64,000 nt of DNA from Nitrosopumilaceae archaeon (lineage in GTDB: Archaea > Thermoproteota > Nitrososphaeria > Nitrososphaerales > Nitrosopumilaceae), in NCBI GenBank assembly GCA_965207375.1, contig OZ242274.1, positions 1,376,001 through 1,440,000 of the forward strand, given 5' to 3'. A program made the translations under genes and the position numbers. Within the stretch, counting starts at the first letter, position 1, and each line of letters opens with the position of its first letter. Positions 9,748 through 21,114 of this stretch are shown here, piece by piece. The notes beneath the pieces are model-generated. The model searched no databases and was not told the origin of the DNA. It was given only the letters and a program-made list of their open reading frames with translations.

Positions 9748-11115
9748 TTATTGTACGTACAGTGCAGCGTTTGATATTACGGTCCTCCATTTTTGTCCGT
9801 GTATAGTTATACCTGCAGCCTCTGCAGGCGTCTTGCCTCCAAGACTCGAGTGAGGTCGCATGAAATTGTAATAAATATCACATCCTGCAAATATTGGCGA
9901 GTTTTTACTTTTAATGCCGCGTCTGGGTCGTTGTATAGCACGTAATGTCCCGTTGAATCTTTCTCAGACATTGTTGTTGTTCTTTTTGGAAATTCCTGCA
10001 TTTGATATGTGTGTGCAATGTTGATGTAGTGCATTTGGTGCAGCATACACTGATTCAAATGCTTGTGCATATGAGGGCAGGCCATCGCTTACAAATTCTG
10101 TAGGTTTCTTTCCGGCACGGGCTGCTGCAGCTTTGAGTAGGTTTTCTGCATTGTGTCCGTCCTTACAGTCTGCAACCTCCCATGCTAGTAAAAATCGGGT
10201 ATCATAATCAGTCTCTGCAAAAAGATAATTTTGTTTACCTCTTATGGAAACGTATTCTTCGTCTGCACAGAATCGATTGCCTGTATTAATTGAAAGTGAC
10301 ATCAGGTATACATACACCATTGTTACAAATTTGATTATCCATCTGTATATCGTAGATACACACACATACACTCCCTTTTGTGCTAGCGTGTCTTGTATTG
10401 CACTAGGTGTATGTCCCTTATAGTAGGCATCAAGTGCATCTAGAATCGCCCATGATTCTATTCGTGCGTGTTCCATGCCGCCTCTGTACGCAAAGACACG
10501 CTTGCAATTTTTGCATTGGTATCGTTGCGTAGTGCCATGTCTACGCTGTATGTGACCATATTTTATGATGTGTTCGTCACCGCAATGCATACAGTGTGAT
10601 GGAATCTCTATTAGAACTATTTCTGTGGTTTTTTTCTCAGTATTGTCATCTGCATCTTTGGGCTGTTTGTCCTGGCAAGGCAGCTTAGCTGCATCTTTGG
10701 ATTGTTCATCAATTATTGTCTCTGCATCTCTGTCTACAGTATCTGCAATTACTGCTAGGATATGCTTGCATTGAGCCTGTCTGTATTTGTGATCTGGACA
10801 GTCACAGGACCAAGAATTTTTTTTCTGTATCACGGTATATCTGATGTTGTCCTTAGATTGGGACTGTACTGTGTAATGGTTATGCCTGATTTTTTTTATT
10901 GTATTTTGTGTATCTAGTATTTTCAAGGCACGATTTCCACGCCCTTGTGCACCCTTGCTCCAAGATACACGTGTACTCATCCATCTAGTAACTCTTGCCA
11001 TTTTGTCAGTACTGCGCGTAAGCAGTGTAGATGTCTTGTTTCGTATAGTCTCAAATTTTTCGTGTAGTTTAAATTTTGATCCTGTATATGATTTTTGATG
11101 TGTTAGTCCCATCAT
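9748..11115 (-). pseudogene. IS6-like DDE transposase with N-terminal SWIM zinc finger; in-frame TGA at 9964
   Basis: SWIM CDCPD...CKH, CMHC/CKNC ribbon, ADE, SDGLPSY; the frame continues ERFNGT...YYNFMRPHSSLGGKTPAEAAG to TAA 9748. Confidence 0.88.
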
Positions 11116-11169
11116 TGCGAAATTCGATGGGACTACATGTCGTGATACATTTGGATCATGTGGGTTAAC

Positions 11170-11311
11170 AAATTTTGAAAAAATGGTTAAATTTTTGATC
11201 TCTTTTACCTGTACAAAAGCAAATTATGCTGCAATTGAAGAAATTTTAGGCACGGGCAATTCGGAGAAAATTTGCATATTGACTTTGACCAACAGTTAAC
11301 GCTGGAGAATC
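11170..11311 (-). repeat. Repeat family B, full inverted copy
   Basis: Reverse complement of 8660-8800 and 9564-9635. Confidence 0.8.
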
Positions 11312-11830
11312 GAAAAATCAAAATCAGGAATTTGTTTTAAAATAAATCCAAGCTCAACGGTTGCACGATTCATGACACATTACAGTTTTTACCATGTGAT
11401 ATCTTTTGATATGATCCCAGGTAGACACTAGGGTTGTTTTCATTACTGTTTAATTTTTCAAATGATGATATAAGTCAAATTTTAGGTATTGAAGTTTTGA
11501 TACTAGGGCACTGTATCATTTTATCTTATTTCGTCTTGTTTTATTCCAGTAAGGTGACTTGCATCCGGGACACACTAGAGGCAAAATCAATTCTTCTGTA
11601 TAGGTTCGTGAAGCCCATCTGTAACCGCATCTGTTGCACTCAAAGCCTTTGATGTTAATTATTGGCAATATATTACTTTAAATCATATAATACTTAAGGA
11701 TTATTACAAATAGCAATCCTTTTAAACTATTATATCTCTATATGTCCGTGTTGGAAACATACAAGGTCCACCCAGTACAGTTGTGCCTTTCGCACCAAAA
11801 CGTTCACGGAGTGGAAATGTATGATAACAA

Positions 11831-13297
11831 TTGTATACGGACTGGTACAGAGGAGGAAAAAATCTGTATCTGCCTCCACGGAGGCAAATCATGATTATTT
11901 TAAGACGCGGTGAAAAGATAAAGAGACGATACCCTGCTAAAACCAAAAAAGATGGTGCAGGCAAGGGTACGTTACACTTTACGAATTTGCGTGTGGTTTT
12001 TGAATCTGATAAACATGGTTTTTGTTTTGAGTGTGGGTACCAGTATCTGTACAATTGGACTAGAAAGAAAAAAAGTATCATAATCAGATGGCATGAGCCT
12101 ATGAAAAAGGGTGAAGAATGGGACTGGGGTTGTCCACAATATTCTGCTGAATTTGAAATTGCTGATACGAAATTCAATGGTGGCAAGTTGCTAGTCTGGG
12201 AGGTTTCAAAATCATTATTTTATAGGATGGTGTTTTTCCACAAGGCAAGTGAGGGTCCGGCATGGGCTAGTGGATTTTACTTTGACAAAAACAAATCATT
12301 GTACAGCTGGTGGCAGGATACAGAAAAGGAGCAGAAAAAACCGATTTGGGAGGCTGGCAAAAAAAATGTCTTTGTAGATGATGCCAGCGGTGGTACACAT
12401 AATCTAAAGCATGTGGCTATATTAGATGAAATACATGCAGAAGAAGCATTGTATGTGTACAATTCAATACATAAACGGTATAGTGAGGATGTCAAGTGCC
12501 AATATAATGAAAATGTTCGTAATTGTCCTGCTGAACTGTTAGAAGCAATGATGAAAAGTAACAACAAGCCACCACGTTCTGCCTTTGTAATATCTGAAAT
12601 AGGCAAATTATTTGCAGACCGCATTATATCATCAGATCGACTGCGAAATACAAACAATCTTGAGAAAATTGTAAATTTTCAGCCCCAGGTTGATTCTTTG
12701 ACGGGTAAAGAAATTCCATATACAGAATATGGTCTTTTGGAGCATGATGTGATGGCACATGGCTTGTACATGGACTGGATTTTTAGATTTGATTATCTGG
12801 ATAGGTATGGTTTTATCAATACTAGGGAGATTAAAGGCGAATCTGAGGTTAAAGAGCCAGAGTATTTCTTGGAGCAAGTCAAACGACATGAAAAACATCA
12901 TGGGTTAGAACTATTGGATGAAGAATTACAAGACTACAATAAGGGTGTTGATTATGCTTTAGAATGGCAAGCACCACCGGTGCAGATCGAAGGAAAAACA
13001 GTTTTCAAAGGAGGAAAAATGCCAGAGCACGTAAAATTTCAAAAGGAAAAGTTCCCTGCAACAAAAAGAGAGTGTGAATTAACAAAAGAGTGGATAAAAA
13101 AAGGTTTGATAAAGACACAATTTGAATATCTTAAATTTATTCGAACAATTCGTTCACAACTATTACACCGATTTTTCATTGAAGGAAAAGATGTGGTAAA
13201 CTATACTCCACCTATCCCAGATAAAATAGTAACAGAACCTCAACAAATTGTATATACAATAAAAGCACATGAAGACAGGATTACAGAAACTGCATAA
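11831..13297 (+). CDS. Hypothetical protein, possible N-terminal PH/GRAM-like domain (ATG at 11891)
   Basis: Long ORF; GKGTLHFTNLRVVFES resembles GRAM/PH strands. Confidence 0.7.
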   Translation: MYTDWYRGGKNLYLPPRRQIMIILRRGEKIKRRYPAKTKKDGAGKGTLHFTNLRVVFESDKHGFCFECGYQYLYNWTRKKKSIIIRWHEPMKKGEEWDWGCPQYSAEFEIADTKFNGGKLLVWEVSKSLFYRMVFFHKASEGPAWASGFYFDKNKSLYSWWQDTEKEQKKPIWEAGKKNVFVDDASGGTHNLKHVAILDEIHAEEALYVYNSIHKRYSEDVKCQYNENVRNCPAELLEAMMKSNNKPPRSAFVISEIGKLFADRIISSDRLRNTNNLEKIVNFQPQVDSLTGKEIPYTEYGLLEHDVMAHGLYMDWIFRFDYLDRYGFINTREIKGESEVKEPEYFLEQVKRHEKHHGLELLDEELQDYNKGVDYALEWQAPPVQIEGKTVFKGGKMPEHVKFQKEKFPATKRECELTKEWIKKGLIKTQFEYLKFIRTIRSQLLHRFFIEGKDVVNYTPPIPDKIVTEPQQIVYTIKAHEDRITETA

Positions 13298-13341
13298 TCA
13301 ATGCTGACACATCTTGAGAGGATATAGTCAGAAATAAAAAA

Positions 13342-15324
13342 TTATTCCTTCCTTCCATCAAATTCATCAAAGTATTCTTTTGTCATTTTTCTAGATCTTG
13401 CTTTTGATACTCTGATTTGATCCCTTTCTGGTATCTTATCATGTACCATTCTTCCTGCAATGTCGTCTGTCCCTAACTCATGTGCAACTCTCGGGGTTCC
13501 CTTCCAGAAGTCTATTTCCATTTGTTTTTTAGGCTCAATGTCGAGATTACCTTTTTCATTTGTGTTATTTTTGACAAACTTTTCCAACTCTGTTTCAACA
13601 ATCTCTCTATTTCCAACATCTGATTTTGTACTATCCCAACCATGAGTTATTACACCTTGATTAAGCAGACCTGTAGCATGAGCCTTGTTTCTAGACTCAT
13701 CGGCTATCTTTTCCAAAGTTGTGCCAATTATTTTCTCTTGCTCACCTACCGGCTTTAAATTTGCAGCATCAGGATCTACAGAATGGCCCATCTGCACTCC
13801 CTGACCTATTGCACTTTGCATCTGGCCAGTCGGTATTCCTACAGAGCCTGGACCAAGATTTCCAGGAGCGCCGACACTTGCATGACTTGCAAGGGCGCCA
13901 CCGGCCATTCCAGAACCAAACGCGCCCATTATTCCCTTGATTCCCTTACCTGCCTTGTTTGCATCCATTGCAGCAGTAGCTCCAGAGGTAGCTGCCATGC
14001 CGGTAACCATGGTAGATGTATTGACTGCACTAGAGACAATCTGTGTGGCCATTTGAGTTACTGAACCCAATAATGGCACCATGATAACAGGTAGTGTAAT
14101 AGCAAAAAACACAACTCCAATAGACGTGATCCATGTATACAAATGACTGCTTACTTTGGACTCTACACCATCTTCCAAACCTCCGGCTTCAGCTACAGCC
14201 CCTGCACCTACCACAATTATAACAGCAGACATTAACGGCAACAAAAGCAACGCGGGTAGTGCCTCCAACATTTGATTTGCGAGTTTATCTACTTTGGGTA
14301 TTAGACTTAGCATCAAAAATATCGGCAAGCCTGCTGCCACCATTGCAACTAGCATGTCAGCCATGATGCCAATTAAGAGTGCCATTATCAGAATTTGTAG
14401 TGCAACTAGTGCCTTTGTTAATCCCAAAAATACATTGGTAAAGGTACCCTCTATCCCCTTTTGTACGTCGTGTTGTAAATTGCCTAGCCATGCGTTGTTG
14501 GTGATGTAATTGGTAATGGTACCTACCTGTGTTGTGGCGTTAACTGCAGTATCTGGATTTTTTCTGCGTGGCTCTTTGAGAGCATCTGCATCTGATATGA
14601 CAGTCATGTTTGTTACACCTAAAATTTCATTTCGTATGTGTTGGTCCATTCTAGTTTCAGTATCTTCGGTATTTCGTAGCATCTGTGAAAACACATATGA
14701 CACCTTTAGTTCAGGTTTGCATACATCTTGTGGGTCACCTATGCCAACTGCCTTTTCTACACTCTTGATATATGGTGACCTTTCATATTCTCCACGAATC
14801 TTGTCTGCTGACCAGTCATCAGGACAGGGCGAATCTGGATTAAATGAATATGCCGGATTTAACACCCAGTATGAAATATTTTCCATGGTATCTGATCCTA
14901 TATCCCAAATGGGTGGAAAAATTACAATCACCAACATAAACATCATCGACTTTGAAATCATTTTGTTTGCAGTACCGGGTGCCATGATTCCAGTTTCAGA
15001 TGCCTCCATAACTTTGGAGATACCGGCAACAATTAGCACTGCACCAAACACACCTACTGCTAGATATCGTATGAGGGCAAATGCCTCAAACATTTCATTT
15101 CCTATCTCTCCAGATTCAGACGTGTCAGGGTCCACATCAACATCATAATGAAATTTCGGAGTCTCAAATGCAAGACTCATGTATGTAGATTCTATTGCAC
15201 CAGAAAATGAAACTATAACACCAATTAATGCAACAATCATCATCATTAAACCGCCTATCAAAATGATAGAACCAATACCTGCAGAGCGCCCTCTCGGTGT
15301 AGATGTATTGTGGGATTTTCTCAT
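13342..15324 (-). CDS. Polytopic membrane protein, VirB6/TrbL-like conjugation channel component
   Basis: Multiple TM helices followed by a Gly/Ala-rich tail; element-type promoter upstream. Confidence 0.65.
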   Translation of the reverse strand: MRKSHNTSTPRGRSAGIGSIILIGGLMMMIVALIGVIVSFSGAIESTYMSLAFETPKFHYDVDVDPDTSESGEIGNEMFEAFALIRYLAVGVFGAVLIVAGISKVMEASETGIMAPGTANKMISKSMMFMLVIVIFPPIWDIGSDTMENISYWVLNPAYSFNPDSPCPDDWSADKIRGEYERSPYIKSVEKAVGIGDPQDVCKPELKVSYVFSQMLRNTEDTETRMDQHIRNEILGVTNMTVISDADALKEPRRKNPDTAVNATTQVGTITNYITNNAWLGNLQHDVQKGIEGTFTNVFLGLTKALVALQILIMALLIGIMADMLVAMVAAGLPIFLMLSLIPKVDKLANQMLEALPALLLLPLMSAVIIVVGAGAVAEAGGLEDGVESKVSSHLYTWITSIGVVFFAITLPVIMVPLLGSVTQMATQIVSSAVNTSTMVTGMAATSGATAAMDANKAGKGIKGIMGAFGSGMAGGALASHASVGAPGNLGPGSVGIPTGQMQSAIGQGVQMGHSVDPDAANLKPVGEQEKIIGTTLEKIADESRNKAHATGLLNQGVITHGWDSTKSDVGNREIVETELEKFVKNNTNEKGNLDIEPKKQMEIDFWKGTPRVAHELGTDDIAGRMVHDKIPERDQIRVSKARSRKMTKEYFDEFDGRKE

Positions 15325-15501
15325 TATATCACAATATACTTTAGTATTTAACGGACAAAATTCAGGTCAAAATCCACCCCAAAATGGAGAGAACAACAAT
15401 AGCAGAGAGATGTTTTGTAATTAGAAAACCATGCCTAACAAGAGTAAAAATACGTGCCCAGATCTAATTACGGTTCCCCTCTCATCTTTGCTTAAATGTA
15501 T

Positions 15502-15706
15502 ACTTTGTCGACTTTGCAAGGCTCAGGCGTGGATTTTGTCGACTTTGTCGACTTTGCAAGGCTCAGGCGTGGATTTTGTCGACTTTGTCGACTTTGCAAG
15601 GCTCAGGCGTGGATTTTGTCGACTTTGTCGACTTTGCAAGGCTCAGGCGTGGATTTTGTCGACTTTGTCGACTTTGCAAGGCTCAGGCGTGGATTTTGTC
15701 GACTTT
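15502..15706. repeat. Perfect tandem array, 5 x 40 bp (GACTTTGTCGACTTTGCAAGGCTCAGGCGTGGATTTTGTC)
   Basis: Units start 15501/15541/15581/15621/15661, no spacers. Confidence 0.97.
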
Positions 15707-16984
15707 TCATAATTTCCCTGTAAGATACTTTTTGAATAGAGGTATGGAAAATTGATATGTGCCGCGTTGGGATTTGTGTACTAGTTCTTTTTCTTCTAGT
15801 CGTTTGAGGTGATTGTAAACTGTTCCTTTCCCCATGCCTGTTGTTGTACAAATGGAAGAAAAATCTACAACATTATCCGGAAGTGATGCCATAGAATTCA
15901 ATACGCTATTCTGGGCGGTACTCAGAGCAGACATACGTTGTATAAAGAAACTATGTTCAAGTTTTTTCAATATGGGCGAGCGTACTGTCCTATAATAATC
16001 AAGATCAATGTGCTGTTTTCCACCAGCTCTTTCTATGATCTCGCTACAGAAAAATTGAATAAAATATGGATATCTATCCGTATCTAGTATGAGAGTGGAA
16101 GTTAATTCATCAGAAAAATTCCAATGGGATGACTTGAGTGGTTCTAAAATGGCTCTTTTAGCGTCATAATCTTCCAAGTTGGAGATGGGCATTGATTCAA
16201 ACATTCTTTCAGAATATGAGCGGGATATTTTGACATTGGAGATCATTGGAGGTAGACCACACAAAACAAGCGAAAACTTGTAGCCTTCTATCTGTAAAAG
16301 ATTTATTGCACCTATAAAATCTGCAAGGGTATACCAACCCTTCTTCTTGACATCGTTAATGACATGAAATTCATCTAGTAGGAACACTAGACCTTCAATG
16401 CCTTTTGGTTCCAATACATTCCATGCATTTTTCAAATAATCATATATTCTGTTATCTAAAGGTGCATATGCATCTAGATCATATGCGGGTTGATACGAAA
16501 TCAATCCCGGAATCTCTATCTTCATAGGTTTGAGATATCTTGCGGTGGCCATGATCCTTTTCTTTGCTTTATTGGTCTTAGAACATGCCTTTATTGCCCT
16601 ATCTAAGTCGTACTGGAGACATTTTACAAATATATTGGGATCTGCATGTTGTGTAGTGTATTGTGACCTTGAAATTGGGAGAAATTTTTTATCAATACAG
16701 ATTTCAGCAAATCTATTCAAAAGAACAGTCTTTCCTACACCTCGAAGACCATACAGCAATTTATTTTCAACCTTGCCTGCCTTGATGCGTTGCAACATGT
16801 GTGAGAATGTATCTAGCTCCGAGTTCCTGCCTGCAAGGTATGGTGGTTTCAAACCTGAACCTGGTGTGAATGGATTGTTGTAATCAGACACACATATGTC
16901 ACAATATGATTCGCTATAAACATAATCGAAAACATGTAGATAGAATTGTTTGTCTGATTTTTTGATATTTTTGCGGCTAGTCAC
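15707..16984 (-). CDS. AAA-family ATPase with C-terminal winged helix
   Basis: NPFTPG..PPYLAGR, Walker A GLRGVGKT, Walker B FLLDEFH, YPYFIQ, C-terminal wHTH. Confidence 0.88.
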   Translation of the reverse strand: MTSRKNIKKSDKQFYLHVFDYVYSESYCDICVSDYNNPFTPGSGLKPPYLAGRNSELDTFSHMLQRIKAGKVENKLLYGLRGVGKTVLLNRFAEICIDKKFLPISRSQYTTQHADPNIFVKCLQYDLDRAIKACSKTNKAKKRIMATARYLKPMKIEIPGLISYQPAYDLDAYAPLDNRIYDYLKNAWNVLEPKGIEGLVFLLDEFHVINDVKKKGWYTLADFIGAINLLQIEGYKFSLVLCGLPPMISNVKISRSYSERMFESMPISNLEDYDAKRAILEPLKSSHWNFSDELTSTLILDTDRYPYFIQFFCSEIIERAGGKQHIDLDYYRTVRSPILKKLEHSFFIQRMSALSTAQNSVLNSMASLPDNVVDFSSICTTTGMGKGTVYNHLKRLEEKELVHKSQRGTYQFSIPLFKKYLTGKL

Positions 16985-17238
16985 AGTAGATATTACCCTT
17001 ACAAAATTCCTAAAATCAATCCACTCGATCTTTTCATGCTAAATGCACTCGAATTTAGCAATTAATATTTCTGCTTCAATGGGGCCGTAACGTTTTCGTT
17101 ACAGAAATATGATCGTGGACTGCCAAAGTGCACAGAATAATACATTCTCAACCACTTTAAACCTCATATCAACAACAGTAGACATCGTGGAAAATCCTGC
17201 AAATTTCATCCTTAAATACAAAATACAATTGTGGTACC

Positions 17239-17451
17239 ATGGAAAAATCACCTTCCAAAATCTGGTATATTGCTCATGCATTTTTGTGGGTAGTTTCAGG
17301 ATTTGTATGCTATATTGTCTGGCGGGATCAAAACAAACAAGCAGCAAAGATGCACCTTGTTCATTCATTGTGGCTCCCAATAATACCAACCGTACTGTTA
17401 TGGGGCCTCATATTTGCAATTGCGCCAGAAGAAATGTCTATGCTCCCGTGA
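17239..17451 (+). CDS. Small membrane protein
   Basis: Two hydrophobic segments; element-type promoter CTTAAATAC 27 nt upstream. Confidence 0.7.
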   Translation: MEKSPSKIWYIAHAFLWVVSGFVCYIVWRDQNKQAAKMHLVHSLWLPIIPTVLLWGLIFAIAPEEMSMLP

Positions 17452-17652
17452 TGATGTTTACTAAATGTAGTAACTTTGAAAAATTCTAGATTCTTCAGCG
17501 TTAATTGTTGGTAAATACATTAGTTAACCAAACTACAAAGCATTCTGACTTTTAATTTCCTCTTTGAGTTATATGAGAATTGATTTTGATTTATGACATG
17601 TTTCTCAAAATAATAATGCTTATATTCCATTTTTCTAACATGGGATGTTGTT

Positions 17653-18381
17653 ATGACTGGTAAAACAAAATACACAGTACCATTTTTGGCACTAACACTA
17701 CTAGTTCCAGTCATGGTATTTGCACAAAATTCAACAGATGTGATTTATGATCCGGTAGTAACGCAGTATGTAGAAAAAATCATATCACAGGAAGGTAAAA
17801 GCACAGAAAAAAAAATAATTGATGGTCAAAAAGTTTCAATTACAACAAAAACAAAAGAGCTTCAAGATAACAAATACAAAGTAAAATCTGTAACACATGT
17901 AAACGGTGAGAAAATATCTTCCGAGATATTTCATATTACAATAAATAATGACACATTCAGATTAGAAAATAAAAAACATGGGATTGACCAAACATTCTTC
18001 AATTCTACGAATGTAATTTCTGGTCAGGGTTCTGGTAGTTCATCCACATCTGGAGCAAGAATAGGTTTACATGATCGAGAGTACGGAACTCCTACATTGA
18101 CATTGGACGATAACTATTCTGCATGTTCCACATTGAACCAAGCTGTATTTCAGGCGCCGATTAGACCAAATACCGTAGATGTGACATGGGATGCTAGTCC
18201 ATATTATCTGCATTGGTGTTTTGTACCTCATGAATTTGATCACGGTCAAATAAAATATGGTACAAACAAAGTATCTTTGGAGGGTCACGGAGATAGACGA
18301 GGCAGTCACGTCTTTACAAACTATGACGTTGGTACTACGTGGTATGATGTCAGGATTACATTTGTGTACGGTGATTGGTAA
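17653..18381 (+). CDS. Secreted hypothetical protein
   Basis: Signal peptide MTGKTKYTVPFLALTLLVPVMVFA. Confidence 0.7.
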   Translation: MTGKTKYTVPFLALTLLVPVMVFAQNSTDVIYDPVVTQYVEKIISQEGKSTEKKIIDGQKVSITTKTKELQDNKYKVKSVTHVNGEKISSEIFHITINNDTFRLENKKHGIDQTFFNSTNVISGQGSGSSSTSGARIGLHDREYGTPTLTLDDNYSACSTLNQAVFQAPIRPNTVDVTWDASPYYLHWCFVPHEFDHGQIKYGTNKVSLEGHGDRRGSHVFTNYDVGTTWYDVRITFVYGDW

Positions 18382-18637
18382 ATTACAAATATTTGTTTTG
18401 TTACTTAGAATATTTTTAGGAAGCGTTGGAATTACCCTGATTGTAATCAGTTGTTTTTCACTTTGGTTTGAAATATATTTTGATGTGTCAGCTATTGGAA
18501 CAAGTGCCTTTAATTTAGAATATTCTGACACATTATATTTGGCGATTTTACTGTCTTGCAATATTGGTGTACTAGTAGTAATTTTGAAGTTGACTATTGA
18601 TTCTATACGTAAACGAAAAAAATCAATAAAGTGGTAG
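18371..18637 (+). CDS. Small two-TM membrane protein
   Basis: Hydrophobic ORF overlapping the upstream stop (GTG 18371), basic C-terminus. Confidence 0.5.
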   Translation: MIGKLQIFVLLLRIFLGSVGITLIVISCFSLWFEIYFDVSAIGTSAFNLEYSDTLYLAILLSCNIGVLVVILKLTIDSIRKRKKSIKW

Positions 18638-18660
18638 AACTATAGCACGTATAGTTTTTT

Positions 18661-20155
18661 GTACTTGTTCACGTGGTGTCTACAATTTCACCATTTGTTC
18701 AAATTTTGATCACCATCAGATCTAAATCATTCTGACTCACAAGTTGTATAATGAGTACCATCAACTGGAAAAGTGCATACAAAAAGGAACACCGAAAAGT
18801 CCTTCTTCTTGAATCTCTAGTATCAAGTTTACAAAAAATCATATTACAAAAAGATGACCTCCTACTACAAAAAGATAAAAAAATTCAAGAGCTTACCAAA
18901 CGTGACAACTATCATGACAATTCCAATACTCCTCCATCTAAGGATTCCATTACACGCAAGCAGGACCGCAAAATACGTGCAGAGAACAAAAAATCTACTG
19001 GAAAAAAACAGGGAGGACAACCTGGTCGCACAGGTGTAGCCCGCAAGGTCAAAGTAGATGAAGAAAAAGAGCACAAATTAGACACGTGTACCAAGTGTGG
19101 TTCTCAAGACATACACCATACAGACACCAAAATCAGGATAATAACTGATATTGTAAAAACTCCTCCTCCACATACTTGCAAGCACAAGATTCATGGGTAT
19201 CATTGCAACTGCTGTGGAGCTACTGACATTACACCCGAGGTTGACATTCCAAAAAAAGGTCAGTTTGGAAATGAAGTGATAAAGGAGATAATGGATAACC
19301 ACATACATCGCATGCCGGTACGTATGAACAAGGAGGCCATGAAAAGACGTGGAATCGAAATATCTGAAGGAGGTATTCAAAACATCATAGATACAGTCTC
19401 TGATGCGTTATTTGTGCCTGCAAATGAGATAAAAGAAAAGATACAGGAAGCCGAGATTCTGATAGCAGATGAGACATCAGAGCGACTGCATGGAAAGACT
19501 ATATGGTTGTGGACGTTTCATAATCCAATTACAAGTGAGAATTTCTATATAATTAATCCCAGCAGGGGAGCAAACGTACTCAAGGAAATAATAGGTGACT
19601 CACAAGATATAATCATTACCTGTGACGGATGGCCTCCATACCGCAGATATATCATCCAGAGATGTAACGCGCACCTAATACGTGAAATCAAAACAATATC
19701 ACAAAAGAATCCAGATTCTAAAATTGCAAAAAATACACTGCAATGCCTACAAAAGATATACCATGACGGCAAACATGTCCTAGACAAACCACCTGATTAC
19801 AGAGAATCATATGCTGTACAATTGGAAAAAAGAACACGTAACCTTGTCAAAAGGTATGCCAATGATGAAATTGTGGGTAAATTTGTAGCAAAACTGTCAC
19901 GGGCCATACCTGACATGTTCCGGTTTGTCATAGACCCTCGTATACCATCTACAAGCAATCTTGCAGAGCAGAGCCTGCGTGAGTATGTTGTGTGCAGGAG
20001 AATACGTGGATGTCTCAGATCTGAAAAAAGTATGGAGCGTAGAGGCAATCTGTATACGTGTGTTACTACCTGGAAGAATCTGGGACAGGATTATCTAGCA
20101 GAGCTGGTTCGGTACATTTAGGGCCAAAAATGCTCAAAAATAGGTGAACAAGTAC
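18661..20155 (+). mobile_element. Intact IS66-family element (single ORF)
   Basis: 12-bp TIR GTACTTGTTCAC/GTGAACAAGTAC; 8-bp TSD AGTTTTTT (18653-18660, 20156-20163). Confidence 0.95.
18751..20121 (+). CDS. IS66-family transposase
   Basis: NSNTPPSKD, GGQPG, Zn ribbon, ADET, CDGW, QRCNAHLIRE, SNLAEQSLR. Confidence 0.93.
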   Translation: MSTINWKSAYKKEHRKVLLLESLVSSLQKIILQKDDLLLQKDKKIQELTKRDNYHDNSNTPPSKDSITRKQDRKIRAENKKSTGKKQGGQPGRTGVARKVKVDEEKEHKLDTCTKCGSQDIHHTDTKIRIITDIVKTPPPHTCKHKIHGYHCNCCGATDITPEVDIPKKGQFGNEVIKEIMDNHIHRMPVRMNKEAMKRRGIEISEGGIQNIIDTVSDALFVPANEIKEKIQEAEILIADETSERLHGKTIWLWTFHNPITSENFYIINPSRGANVLKEIIGDSQDIIITCDGWPPYRRYIIQRCNAHLIREIKTISQKNPDSKIAKNTLQCLQKIYHDGKHVLDKPPDYRESYAVQLEKRTRNLVKRYANDEIVGKFVAKLSRAIPDMFRFVIDPRIPSTSNLAEQSLREYVVCRRIRGCLRSEKSMERRGNLYTCVTTWKNLGQDYLAELVRYI

Positions 20156-20433
20156 AGTTTTTTTAAAAATCAGTTATTTTGGTTTTTCATAAACATTTAC
20201 AGAATATTACCCACAATACAAATACTGTGGATCATATTTTGATAAGCACAGGCCGGTTCTCTTAACCTATTTGTTGATTCAACCCCCCAATACATTTTTG
20301 TGTTATTTCCATCAGGGAATCCAATGATGTCTTGTCTGAAAGATAGTCTTGTATTGATTTTTCATACCTGATATCCACACACAAATACTAAGACAGGATT
20401 TGTCCCTTAAATACAAAACATCATTGTGGTACC

Positions 20434-21114
20434 ATGGCAAGACAAAAACACTCTGAGGCCAAAATGCCATGGCTTTCCAAAATGACCTCAATGTCGCAGC
20501 CTATTTTTGCAGTCCCACTGCTTGGTCTAGTATCTACGTACCAAGCCTTGATAATTTTTGCCCTAGGTATTCCGTCTCTGTTTATTACAATGCATATAAC
20601 CGGTGAGATACACTTGGGTTTAGCACCGTTTTTGATTTTCACAATATTTGCAATGATCAGGCCTCCACTGATAAGCTATGAAGGCAGGATGATTGCTATA
20701 CTGTCATTTCATCTTTTCAAGGGTTCGTCAAAAAAATCAAAGAAAAAGTCTAAACAGAAAACAAAGGGTTCAGGATTTTTTGGAAAGGCAGGTGCCACAC
20801 CAGACATAACAGAACCAGCACCCGTACAAACCAAACCAGAAATCATGACAGTACAGGTACATGGAGACAATCTACAAGAAATATCCATGATGCTTTCACA
20901 TCGGGGCACACCGATACGACGTCGCAAGGTATGCATACTGCTTGACGGGGACCCGATTAAAACTGTAATATCCTCGGTATCAGGCGAGGTCCTAACAATT
21001 TTATCCAACGATCTATGTGTTGGAAATCGTACAATATCCATTGCAGAAATCTCCGGCGATACCATAGGGGAGACATTGATGTCTAGGGAGATAAAATTTG
21101 TACGTATATCTTAG
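20434..21114 (+). CDS. Membrane protein, PrgI/VirB3-like N-terminus
   Basis: Two TM helices followed by a basic/soluble domain; element-type promoter upstream. Confidence 0.5.
   Translation: MARQKHSEAKMPWLSKMTSMSQPIFAVPLLGLVSTYQALIIFALGIPSLFITMHITGEIHLGLAPFLIFTIFAMIRPPLISYEGRMIAILSFHLFKGSSKKSKKKSKQKTKGSGFFGKAGATPDITEPAPVQTKPEIMTVQVHGDNLQEISMMLSHRGTPIRRRKVCILLDGDPIKTVISSVSGEVLTILSNDLCVGNRTISIAEISGDTIGETLMSREIKFVRIS

Noticed and set aside
9964-9966. In-frame TGA in the transposase as selenocysteine
   Set aside because: No SECIS or Sec context is evident; nonsense mutations are typical of IS decay.
15502-15706. 40-bp array as a CRISPR array
   Set aside because: Units abut with no variable spacers and there are no cas genes; ORFs over it are repeat artefacts.
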